Assembly (NCBI RefSeq): GCF_006345805.1
Contig: NC_043009.1
Span: 19,964,001 to 20,028,000 of the forward strand
Source: Octopus sinensis
Taxonomy: Eukaryota
Length of the DNA: 64,000 nt
Reading direction: 5' to 3'
Below, in pieces: positions 38,951 to 51,016 of the stretch (position 1 is the stretch's first letter; each line of letters begins with the position of its first letter). The notes beneath the pieces are model-generated. The model had not been told where the DNA came from and ran no database searches. It was given only the letters and a program-made list of their open reading frames with translations. A program made the translations under genes and the position numbers.

Positions 38951-39249
38951 AATTTATTCTGACTTTACTGTTTCAACTGTAATTCTCAAAAAGAACAGAA
39001 ACTCTGAAACCAGATCAGAGACAGTTGTCAGACTTGAAAGAATGGTAGAACAGCAACACTTCAAAGAAACAAGATTTGAAACATTAAAATGTAAACAAAA
39101 TTCTTAAGACAATAAAAAAGAAATGTGAAATTAGGTTTTTGAAATATCTGGAGAAATTCTGAAAATTAAAGTTTTCCTGCAACAGAAAGTGGTTATGATC
39201 CATGAGCTACCAACATGAAACTTAAGCAATGTTATAAAATAGATCACAT

Positions 39250-40760
39250 TATATCCTTACCTAGCAATCCACTTGAACCAGTGTACATAGACACTAACTG
39301 GCCTGGGATTTGAACTCATACTCGCTAGTTTAGTACACAATGTTTATATTCTCTATGAGACATGAGAACAGTGAAGATAAACTTAGATTGTAAGGTTAAT
39401 CTGCCTGAGATAATCCACCTACATATCACTCTATCAACTAGACTATCAGAATGTGCTTGCAGCCTTCCTTTGATTTTGTGCCCCTCTCGCCTATTTGGAC
39501 TCAAAGTCATCTTCCCACTGTCTTGGAAATCTGAGCAGTCTGTTCCAATCTCTTGGAAGACTGTATGCATCCACTTGTTGTCTGTGAGCCTTGTGACTGC
39601 TTTCAGTATTCTATAATCACATCATTCACTCAATTCGATTCTTGAATTATCTCATTTTGGATATTCTCCTGCAATAATATTCCTAGCATATAACTTCCCA
39701 TTGCCTTCTGTGCCATGGCCAGCCATTGTTCTTCTTCCTAGTATTCCATGCCTGACATATAAGAGCATACACAGATCAGTGCTATTCAAGAGATTAGCAC
39801 AAACAGTCTTGTCCAGCTGTGCTGCTTTGAGCACATCTTTGAGATAAATGCCTTCCTCTTTGCCCGTGCATGATTTCAGCATTCCTGTCTTGGCCTATCC
39901 AACTCAAGTAGTAGACATACTTCTTTTCTTTCATAGATTCATCCTTCCCTTATTCCTAATCAACCTTGTGCTACATTTTGTTTCCATGTGGTGTGTTTTG
40001 TGGTCTATTACTGCACTCTGGGGTGTCAAGCTCTGTCAGCATGGCCTGCAGCTGACACAAGGGTTCTGAGCTGAATATAATCAAAGATGCGTTTATAGCT
40101 CACCGTTGATATTACCTTGTCAATTACTGTCTCTGATGACCATTTAGAGACATGCAGAGAAGACTTTTGAAGAGGATGTTATCTCCTTGCTTAACACTCT
40201 TCCTCACTAGAAGTTTTATGATTGGTGAAAATAGAACTCAATCAAGGTTACATCCAGGGTATACTTTCTTAGAGGAAGCTTGATGAATTGCAGCTCAACT
40301 CCACACATCTCCACAGACTTTAGCTTTCTACTCACCTCAACATTATCAAAGGCCTTTGTATAATTAATATAGACCACTTACACTGTTTCACTCATTTTAA
40401 AAACTGTATCACCTTGAATGAATGGTTTATCTTGATGGTTCTTCTGAAAAACAGCTTGCTTCCTCAGCTGTTGGTCACTGAAACAGTTCAATAGTCTGGT
40501 GACTAACCTTTGTAAATAGCTTGTAAAAGTGAGACAAGAGATATAGAGGTGGGGTGCATAATTTTTCAGATCGTCTTTAGCACACTTCTTATAAAGTAAG
40601 ATTGTAGTCAGCTCTTTCTACAGCTGCTCTTCTCCATTCTTCACTTATTCTGATGTTATATCTTCTTTCCCTGGGGCTTTTTCTCTCCTCATCAACTATT
40701 TACAGTATTCTCTATTTCACTGACCAGAATCGGTGGCACATCCAATCCTTATTTTTTTAA
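39250..40760 (-). mobile_element. Heavily decayed RTE-clade LINE (RT and C-terminal region)
   Basis: Minus-strand remnants in expected order: KAPGKDDI, DLKNY, QQLRKQAVF, TKAFDNVE, SVKQGD, LQAMLTELD, KDVLKA.LDKT..ANL.NS. Confidence 0.7.
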
Positions 40761-42434
40761 ATCATTCGTTGATGCTCAATGTAGTTTGAGTCAAGTAGTT
40801 CTAGCAAACAGAATCACAGGGGGAGAATATCCTTAGAATGGAAATGGAATGAAAACAATGTTATGACTGTAACAATCAAGATCAAGAGACACTGGTCAAT
40901 GATAGTTCTTCATTTCAAACATTCACACATGCTTAAAATATATTTGCAAAGACAAGTTAGTTTTTGTTGTTGTACTTTGGGTCTGTGTCAATCATAGGTC
41001 CTTAAGCAGGATATATGATTAAAAACACTCCACCAATACACATCCTGTCCTTTTAGTTGTAATTAAGACTATAATAAACCTTGTATCCTTCTTCTTTAGA
41101 CAGTAAGAGAGTCTTGGCTGTTATTTCTAACAGGATAAGCAACCATAAGCTGACTTCCCTGTTGTGTCCTATACAAAATAGTTCTTTGAATTCCTTCTTG
41201 TCAAAATAGGTATTCTTGAAGAAAATCACTCCAAAGCATATCATGAACCAGTCCCAGTCTGAGGAATATTTCATCAGGGTCCCAAATTAAAATTACGTAA
41301 AGAACATACAAAACAAGTAAAAACAATAAAAATGTTGCCACAAACTGGAAAGACAGGGGATGAACTCACAAGGGATAGCACAGATGTCAAGGGGATGTTG
41401 ATTGTTTAGAAGGTTTTGTTTTTGCTTTGAAATTAAATATTTAAAACCAGATACAATATTTATATTTTAAACAAATTTTTTTTAAAAATATGTTGGGATT
41501 AAATTACAAGGAATGAAGGACATTGTGTCATGAGCAAGGAGAAACATGATTGCCTTCTTTTGTAATTTCCATAAAAATTTAACATAGAGGGCACAATCCA
41601 TGTAAATATTTAAATATCTAATATGTTGGATGAAAGAGAAAAGAAATAATAATAATAAACCACTGCAGAAAACTAACTTTTGTTTGATTAAAATTATCTG
41701 TTATTTTTTTTCTTTCAAAATATGAGAAGTAGATGTTTGTAAAACAGCTTTCAATGGAAAAATGTGCTGCTGGGTGACAAATGGTTGAGAACTGATGATA
41801 ATGAGTGGAGTTAGTATGATTAGGATTAATAATCAAATTCTGGGATGATATTTAGAAGGAGAACATAGTTAAATAGAAGAGAACCAATTTCAGAGAAGGG
41901 TGAGTTGAGGAGGAATCTGTTTGGGAGAATGAGAGATAAATGAAAAAGGTTCCAGCATAATGATATACAGAAGCACATTTGAAAGAACAATAGAGGCGTT
42001 AATAAGAAAATAAAAACAATAGACTATTTTAAACAAGAAAAAGTAGTTTGCAATAGAGAATGTGTTAAGACAAATGATATTTTCTCATGTGTGGGTTGCG
42101 AATGTACAAATTATATAGAATAACATAGTAAGGAACAATTCTTTACACAAGTGTTTACATTTCTTAAAAAATGGTTAAACTAGGCAGATGTACAAAATGA
42201 TTTTGAATGCATTAATTTCAATAATCTTTTAAAGCAACAAAAATAAGAAACAAATTTAACAAAAGTTTTAGTCATGAATATTAAGTAAGTTAACAACAGA
42301 AGAGTTACTACATGGAGTTACCTACCTTGGATTAATCTCTAAACATTTTATTAACAAGTGTTTCAAATGAAGAATGACTGAATTTTGTTAGACATTTAAG
42401 TTTTACAGAAAACGATTGGGAAAATTATACTTAC

Positions 42435-42812
42435 AGTGACTATCTCAAGCATTTCCTGGCGAGAGATATAACCATTTCCATCAACATCATACATGGTGAA
42501 CGCCCAGCGTAACTTTTGCTCAAGTTTCCCTCTTGATGTCACACTCAAAGCACAAATAAATTCACGGAAATCTATTGTACCATCTGCATTTGTATCAAAA
42601 GTACGAAATACATGTTCTGCAAATTTTGAAGCATCCCCATAAGGGAAGAAGTTGCCATATATTTTTTTAAATTCTTCAACTGATAAATTCCCACTTGGGC
42701 AATCTTTCAAAAAGCCTTTATACCATTCTTGTAGTTCCACTTCAGAAAATTCTGTGTTTCTGCGCAAATCTTCAAGAACCTCAGGCTTCAGCTTACTGTT
42801 TTGTTTCCCCAT
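42435..42812 (-). CDS. NCALD: Neurocalcin/hippocalcin-like neuronal calcium sensor, first coding exon (126 codons)
   Basis: [11 protein letters not shown] myristoylation start, cryptic EF1 (DCPSG), EF2 [14 protein letters not shown]3 [12 protein letters not shown]. Ends EIVT|GTAAGT (phase 0). Joined to exon 33776-33579 it gives 191 aa. Upstream acceptor TTTTCAG puts the exon start at 42833. Confidence 0.97.
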
Positions 42813-43809
42813 ACTGCTTTCACAAAAACCAAACTGAAAATAGATGGAAGCATCATTTCATCATCAACCTGATCTACTGGAATAAATATTCTATACAGCT
42901 AGAAATATCACAAACCATACCAGTGGAGACTTCTTTCTTGTACACAACATGAGGCTGCTAATGTCTAGTTTCCCTTTTATTTGTACTTTGTCATAGGCAC
43001 ACACTGACACTGCACATCCAGAAGAGCATAACTCACTTCATATCTTTCTATCTTCACATGTCCTCTGCATTCATGGCTTATGTTTCACCACATTGCAGTA
43101 GCATTGCAGTTCATACACAAGCACCATGCAATCTGCTATTTACACTAAGAGAGACAGACAGACAAAGAGCTTTTGGGACCAACAGTGGTAAAAGCTCTCT
43201 GAGCTTTCTCCAACATGTTCTTATTCTAGCAAATATACTTTCAGAACATCCTCTCCAATTCCACACTTCCTTTTTTCAGTCACACTATGAATATTTATAT
43301 AAGTCAACCTTTGTCTTTGACATACAAACACACCAAATTTAATTATTTCTCCATAAACCGAAAAACTGATGAACAGCCTTCATCAATTTTAAAATCATAT
43401 TGGATTCCCATCCAAGGTGTCTTGTATCAGTTTAACCAATACCAAAGAAATAAGCAGACAACAAATCCAGGAGCTAAAAGAGAAATGGAACAACTAATTT
43501 GTATAAGTATTTAACACTTTATTTAGAAAATAGTTTTCCTCAGGGCAGAGATCTTTTGCCAATATTTGCCACAGAATGGACTCCACTAAAGATGTTCAAT
43601 GCACCAATTTGTGGTTTTAAACTGAATGACCAATTAAATCTACCCACACACGCTCCATGAACAGAAATAAATCATTTGGTGGTTTTCCATAGCTTCTCTT
43701 CATCAAATTCCTCTCAAAGTTTTGGTTAACTTTAGATTATGATAGAAGACAGATCTCCAAAGAATCACACAGGAATTGAACCTGCAACCATGCAGTTGTT
43801 TAGATAATT

Positions 43810-44830
43810 TCATCATCATCATTTAATGTCCATTTAACATGCTGGCATGGGTTGGATGGTTTGACTGAAAACTGGTAAACCAGGGAGCTGCACCAGGTTC
43901 TGATCTGATATGGCAAGGTTTCTATGGCTGGATTCCCTTCCTAGTGCCAACCACTCCAAGAGTGTAGGTAGGGTTGTTGTTTTTTTTTTTTACATGCCAC
44001 TTTCTTGACACTGGCCTCAGCCATGACTACAGTGTCACTTGGCTTGACAAGTCTACACAAGCACGGTACATCACCAAAGTTCTTGGTCACTTGTCACTGC
44101 CTCCATGAGGCCCAACACTCGAATGGTACTTTTTACATGCCACAGGCATCAGTGCCAGTCAGACAGCACTGGTATCAGCCACGACTACGATTTCACTTGG
44201 TTCAACAGGTTTTCACATGCACAGTATATTGCCAAACGTTTGAAGGGTGCTTTTAACAGACCAGTTACTCAACACTGGCAACGGCCATGACTGTGATCTT
44301 ACTTGGCTTGACAGGTCTTCTCAAGCACAGCATATCACCAAAGGTCTAAGTCGTTTGTCATTGCATCCATGAAGCCGTACATTCGGAGATTGCATTTCAC
44401 CACTTTGTCCCATGTCTTCCTGAGTCCACCTCTTCCACAGGTTTCCTCCACCATTAGAGTATGACACTTCTTCACACAGCTTCCTCATCCATATGCATCA
44501 TATGACCATACCAGTACAATCATCTCTCTTGCACACACTTGATGCCTCTTATGCCCAACTTTTCTCTGTCATGCATGCACACTGACATTACACATCCAGC
44601 AAAGCATACTGGCTTCATTTCTTACAAGCCTATGTTTGTCCTCGGCAGGCTCAGCCTATGTTTCACTGCTGTGTAGCATGGCTGTTCACACACAGGCATC
44701 ATACAGTCTGCATTTCACTGAGCAAGAAGCTCTTTGTTACCAGCAGAGGTAAGAGCTCTCTGAACTTTGCCCAGCCTATTCTTATTCTAGTAACTCGGAG
44801 CATTCATCCCTATTACTAACCTGGTTACCT
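43810..44830 (-). mobile_element. 5'-truncated RTE LINE: ORF2 C-terminus plus full 3' UTR and (GAT)n tail
   Basis: Minus-strand remnants AMLHSSET, RNEASML, REKLGIRGIKCVQER, GHMMHMDE, LEKT.QAK stop, contiguous with the UTR seen as stand-alone copies elsewhere. Confidence 0.85.
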
Positions 44831-45669
44831 AGGTAACAGAAGTTATCAACTACTTCTAATTTCCACCCCACCCCCCTGGCATGTGATGGAATCTATTTTC
44901 TGTACATTTTTGGTGTTAATTGTACCTGTACACCTTCCATACACAAAACCGACTTTCCCAGATAACCGTCCTTTGATATTGCTGCACCTTTTATGTGTCC
45001 ATAGCTTATACCAGGTACACTTTATAGAGTTTCTACCCATGCTTTTTTACAGATTGAACAGAGCCATCTGCCTGAAAGGATTTGTGATTTGTCTGCCTTC
45101 CTACTTACTAGGACTTTGGTTTTTGCTAGGTTAAATCTAAGGCCCTTCAATTCTACACCTTGCTTCCACACCTGAAACTTCTCTAACTCAGGTAGTGATT
45201 CAGCATAGAGGAGCTTCCAGGGAGCAGTCTGTCTTGTGTCTGGAGGACTATGATGAACAAAAAGGGGCTCTCACTACTAATGTTGTATTTCTCCACTTGG
45301 AACAACTAACTTTAGCTTCCTAGCCAGGGGCATTGTAAAGAGATGCAGATGAAGAATTGTGACGACATAACTAGCTTCTGTTTCGGCAATCAACATTATG
45401 GAGGTTGGTAGAACATAGTTATTTTCATTAATATTGGCACAAGGCCAGCAATTTTGAGGAGAGGGGAAGTTGATTTCATTCACCTCAGTACATGACTGGT
45501 ACTTATTTCATCGACCTTGAAAGAATGAAAGGCAAAGTTAACCTTGGTGGCATTTGAACTCAGAATGTAATGAGTTGGAAGAACCAAATGTCCAACATGC
45601 TAACGGGTCAACCAGCTCACTGTCTTTAGGTTAACAGTAAGAATAATAATATAATTAGTAAAAATAAAT

Positions 45670-46020
45670 AGTATCAAGAGCACTCAAAAGAGCGCAAACT
45701 ACCGCCAAGGCAACACCAATGTCCTCTCAACAATTAGCCAGAGGATTTTTGAAAATGAGAATATCTGAAATAAACTCAACTGCTCTCACAAACGAGAATA
45801 CTAAAAACGAACCTGACCGCTCTCAAAAAAATAATCCAGAATCCTTGTCCAGTATCAGATTGATGCCAAAATCTAATCAGTTCCTGCCAGTCATGAGGCC
45901 AAACATCTCTGAAAGTTTCATCCGAATCCATTCAGAGATTCTTGAGATATCTTGTCCATGGACAAACAAACATGACTGAAAACAATGCCCCTGCCTTCGC
46001 TAAGGCAGAGGTAATAAAAA
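45670..46020. mobile_element. Short non-autonomous element of unknown class
   Basis: Bounded by GAGCACTC..ACCGCCAAGGC and CCTTCGCTAAGGCAGAGGTAATAA; relatively CpG-rich. Confidence 0.4.
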
Positions 46021-46577
46021 CTATAACCAATAATAAATATGAGTTGATAACAATGGCAACATCGAAGTCAATTCTCTAAATTGCTTTGAATGAGTTTTTG
46101 TTTTTGAGTTACTCCTTGTTAGTTTTACTGCTACAATTCAAGTTTGTGCCACAGAAATCTTCCAGACAAAACAACCAGGTAGCCTCCATCCGACAACTCA
46201 ATCTCACTATCTCATACACTCATACAACTCAACAATGTAAACTCCATGCAGCCCCTAAAGTTGGGAAGAATATTTCTCCACAAAATCACACTTCCCTTTA
46301 CTTAAAAATTAAAGGGACCACTGTCTTATTGTAGCTGTCCATCCAAAAAGGCAGTGAATGTTGGCCCTGGATTAACCAATATCACCTGTGGTGGGCCAAT
46401 GAGGAAGTCTCATCTACACAGCTTATTATTATCATCATCATTATTATTATTATTAATTTAATATGTTTCTTCTTTTGATGCCAAAGATGAAGGGATTCTG
46501 TTATTTCGATCATTTAGGTAAATCCCCACCCCCATCCCTGTATGGAAGGAAACTGGTCCCCTCCATGCATCATTTAA

Positions 46578-47652
46578 CCCTTTCGTTACTATATTTCTGA
46601 CCAAAATACACCCCTTATGTGTTTCAATTAATTTCTAACGTAATCATAAATTTAGTCTGGTTTCATTAAACAACTATAACTTTTTTATTTATCAATATAT
46701 TAACATGAATTTTGGAAGATAATTTAATGAAATGTTCTCAACCAATTCTATACTATAATTTTTGTCACAAAGTGACTAATTGCAGGTAGATACAGGTAAA
46801 TTCAACAATATATAAAATTATTAAAATTTTGTTCAAACATCGCTATAGAAAATGGGTTATTAGCTAATATTCAATTGGGTATACAACAAAATTTTACGAT
46901 AGAATTTGTTATTCTGGGTAACTTTCTGATACCCATAATAATATTTATGGCAAAATAGGCCTTAATTTCATTTAAGGTTGTGGGAAATAACAAACTATCC
47001 TTTCTTTCGCTTTGTTTACGTTTAGCGTAACAGTTCGTTTCCGCCGTAATGATTTCAAATGGGCTCATTCGGAAAAGTAAAAAGAAATAGTCTAAGGCTT
47101 TACTCTTCTGGGAAAGTCTGTGGCTTGGTCCAGTTTCTTCAGAAAAATCACCGAAAGAAACAGTTTTTAAATTTTCACTCCATTCAGGTGCCAATTCATT
47201 TTCTTTATCGCTGTCGGAGCTCTCGAATTCACTGTTTTCACTTTCGGAAAATGAAACATCAGATTCATTATCAAATACCACATGCTTTTTTTTTTCAGTC
47301 ATAGAGTTAGATTTATGAAGGTCTTCAGTAGAAAATCTTTCGAATTCTGACTCGCTGCTTGATATAATGAAATTCGTATCCATTTTTTGTCAGAATTACA
47401 AATTTTGAAAACACAATAGGAACAAATTTCGGGAAAAAATCTCCCATAATTCACGGAATTAAAATTACACTTCGATTTTTGTACAAAACTGTAGTTGAAC
47501 TGTTTACGAAGTATAATACGTGTTTTCACGAATGTACTAAAGAGATTTACTCTGATATTCTCATTTAAATATGAATAGGTAAATTCGGGCGGTTTGGGGC
47601 AGCTTGGTCACATTAACCAAAATTTTTTTCGGGCGGTTTGGTAACGAAAGGG
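46578..47652 (-). mobile_element. Internally deleted piggyBac transposon, 1075 bp
   Basis: TTAA (46574-46577) | CCCTTTCGTTAC ... GTAACGAAAGGG | TTAA (47653-47656). Subterminal direct repeat TTCGGGCGGTTTGG at 47584 and 47628. Carries a transposase N-terminal ORF. Confidence 0.93.
46871..47383 (-). pseudogene. Truncated piggyBac transposase N-terminus (170 aa)
   Basis: Acidic Ser-rich start, then YFFLLF..II.AETN.YA..PTTLNEIKAYFAINIIMGIRKLP as in the piggyBac DDE_Tnp_1_7 N-terminal part. The catalytic DDD core is absent. Confidence 0.85.
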
Positions 47653-48699
47653 TTAAGGAATTAAGGGTTAGTGCCAGATTATTTAGGTGTTAGTTCCGTG
47701 GATGGATGGATGGATCGCATGAGAATTGTGTTGGAGTAACAAGAAGATTTTTACTACTTACTGTTATCCACTAACAGTTGAAGTAGAATAAAAAGAAAAG
47801 CACTTGAAGAATTCCTCAAGTTACACCTGAAGGGTTAAGGATAATGTTAAGTACTTTAATGGCATTAGTAGTTTACATTCCAACTGTATTTTCTTTGGTT
47901 CATACATGATGAGATCAATAAAGGATTTTCTCAACTCTATAGTCAGCTTGCTTTAAATTGGTTACTATTTAGGCATCTAATTGAAGACAATTCTTTAAAA
48001 TCAATTGAATTTTATGGTTCAGAGATATGGACACTTCCTAGAAGGTTTAAAAAAAATCTATCAGGTAGTTGTTACACTTGGCTCCCATGAAGGGCATAAA
48101 ACCTTTCATAGAAAACCCACCTAACACTAAAACTCACGGAACTTTTCCATTCCTCTCTCAAACAGTGACGCAATGTAGAGTACAATTTGTTGGGGATTGC
48201 TTTAGGGGTTATCATTAGCTTTGGAGACCTCAGCCATCTGGTGAGAAAAATCACCAACTTGAAATTCAGAATGTGACATGCGAGACCTTGGTGTGATAAT
48301 GTAGGATCATGAGTTTTGGAGAGGAGTTGTGAGGACTGTCTCAAATGGAGGGAAGGGGTTACTTTTGAGGATGATGGCACTTCTGTCTGGCTACTTGATC
48401 TGCTAGACAAAAAGAGAACCAAATCTCCCTCAAATCACGCCCTACCTTCATAAAGAAAGGTTTCATAAGAAATTGAGAGAACCAATAGGGTATAGGTTAT
48501 GAATAAATATGATACAAGTGAGACAATTACAGGGGAAGAATATAGCTAAGAGCCAACCGCTATACTTGGCATTCATTGACCAAAACAGAGGAGACCCTGT
48601 AGCTAGATGGATGAGTTTAAGATCAGCTATCTACAGGAACTTCAGTTTGCTAATAACCAAGTTCTCATAGATATGTTTAAGGATTAGAGAAGAAATACC

Positions 48700-49985
48700 A
48701 AATATGGAATTAAGAGGTCATAAAGTAAAACCTGTCAAAACTAAAGTGTTGGCAGTGCAAGAAGCACCCACAAAATAAATTCCTTCAAATACCTGAAAGG
48801 CTCCCTAAAAGTAGTCAACAGCTTCTGTTACTTAGATGGCCTAATCAGCAGTGGAGGTGAAAGTTCTGAAAGTAAAGAACAGAATAGAAAATGTTGAGAG
48901 ATCTATTATAACAACCACAGGCAATAAAAGGGTTCTCCTTCTTAAATTGTTTTGAGACATGTGTATGGAATGTGATGTTGAAGTGAACATTGGGTGCAGA
49001 GAATTTATGAAGATGAGAAAGAAATGAAATGAGCAGCATGGATGTGTAACGTTAATGTGACTGAACAACAGAGCATAAATGAGTTGAGGAAGAAAAACTG
49101 ATTGAAAAGGAATCAGGTGTAGTAAGTAAGAGAGAGAGAGAGAGAGGAAGAGGGAGAAGATGGTGGCAGTACAGGCAGGTGATGTAGAAGAAGGATAGCA
49201 ATATGTGAAAGAAGTGGCAATGGAAGGAATCTAGAGAAGAGAAAAAAGACATGGGAAATGGTTAAAGTTGGAATCAGGATGCTGAACCTCAAAAACGAGG
49301 TGGTAAGGACCTGCAACAGGTCATGAACTGATAAAGTCTTGTTCAACTCCTACAAGTATGGAAGGAAAGATGTAGATCACTCTGTGATTCCAGGTAATAT
49401 TTATGATGTGGAGGCAGCAACAAAGACGAATAATGAAGCCAATAACTGGAAATGTCTAAAAGACAACCTACTGAAAGCATAGTAACCACAATAAGAACAG
49501 GATGGGACACATTGAGGCAGTTCTTACTTCAAGTGACAACAGAAGGCTTCTCCAATGAACGAAGTTGTACGAGACTTGTGGATGAAGTGTGTTGTTGCCA
49601 AGGAACTGGAAGCAAGTATTGAATAGTGGGGATGTATGCTGGTGTCCTGTTAATTAGAGTATATGAATGATGGGCACAGAGAAGCTGAGAGAAAACTTCT
49701 TTATAAGAGGATCAGATGTGTGCAAGAGAAAAGACTGCACTGGTGTGAACATGGGATACATCATCATGGATGATGAGAGTGGAATAAAGAAGTATCAGGA
49801 GGTCCCTGTAGAAGGAAACAACGGAAGAGAAAGACCAAAGAAGAGAGTTGCAGAAAGAGTTAAACACTGACTTTATGAGGCAGAGAAATGCACAATGAAA
49901 TGAACAAACGGCAAAATATTGGAAGGGAAAAAACCTGTCCAACCCATATGAATATGGAGAAAATGATGATGATGACGACAACATC
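48700..49985 (+). mobile_element. Two successive decayed RTE LINE 3' fragments
   Basis: VVNSFCYL..LISSGG, WMCNV, REKLR, MDDESGIKK..GRERPKK remnants; ends CTGTCCAACCCAT..GATGATGATGAC. Confidence 0.7.
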
Positions 49986-50559
49986 TTGTATCATTACATA
50001 AATGATTTGTGTCATACAGTTTTGTTTACATTTTTAAAATACTGTTGGTTGCTGTTTTGTTTCAATAATTTGGAAGACAGACACTATCTCTGATGAGTTT
50101 TAATAAACAAAAACATGTCTGATCATTACTCCAAAAAGCTGAAATTCCTGTGATTTAAACACAGGGTTGAATTTCACAGATTAAATGTATGTGTATTATA
50201 TGTAAGCCAGGATACTTCAGCTAAGTTCTGCCCTGGTAGGTTGCTTTTTGTTTTTTCTCACCCATAAATCACTTCCCACATTGTAAATATTGGACAAAAT
50301 CTAGAAAACATACATCCAGAACTGTCTATGTCCACCTATACGACACATTCAGAAGTTTGTTTTTTTGTTTCACATGTTTTAAAAATTTACAAATAACAAC
50401 GATCACTCTTGAAAAACTTTGTTGAGTATAAAGAAAAGTAGGAGCAAAATTCATTCCTTCATATTAATTTAAAGATCTGATTAAGAAAATTAATTGAAGT
50501 CTTCTGGAATGGTTTTTGGTAAATAATAATAATACTGAATAACAGATTTGATAAACAAA

Positions 50560-51016
50560 GGCAGACAGTTGGCAGAATTGTTAGCTGCGCAAAAAGCCTA
50601 GTAGCATTTTGTGCATCCTTGTGTTCTGAGTTGAAATTCCACCAAGGTTGACTTTGTCTTTCATCCTTTTGGGGTGAATAAAATAAGGACCAGTTGAGTG
50701 CTGAGGTAGATGTACTCAACTATCCCACTCCCACAAATTTCAAGCCTTGTGCCTATATACTACAAAGAATTATTACTACTACTACTACAACTACTACGAA
50801 AGTGGGGGGCTGGCAGAATAGCTAGCAGGATGGACAAAATACTCAGCAGCATTTTATCAGTCTTTACATCCGGAGTTCAATTTCCTCTGAGGTTGACTTT
50901 GCTGTACATCCTTCCAGGGGTCAATAAAATAAGTACCAGTTGAACACTGGGGTTGATGTAATCGACTTCTCCACCTCCCCCAAAATTGCTGGCCCTGTGC
51001 CAAAATTTGAAACGGT
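50560..51016 (+). mobile_element. Two tandem tRNA-derived SINE copies separated by (ATT)(ACT)n
   Basis: GGCAGAATTGTTAGC and GGCAGAATAGCTAGC heads, both with GGTTGACTTTG..CATCCTT..AAAATAAG.ACCAGTTGA. Confidence 0.8.
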
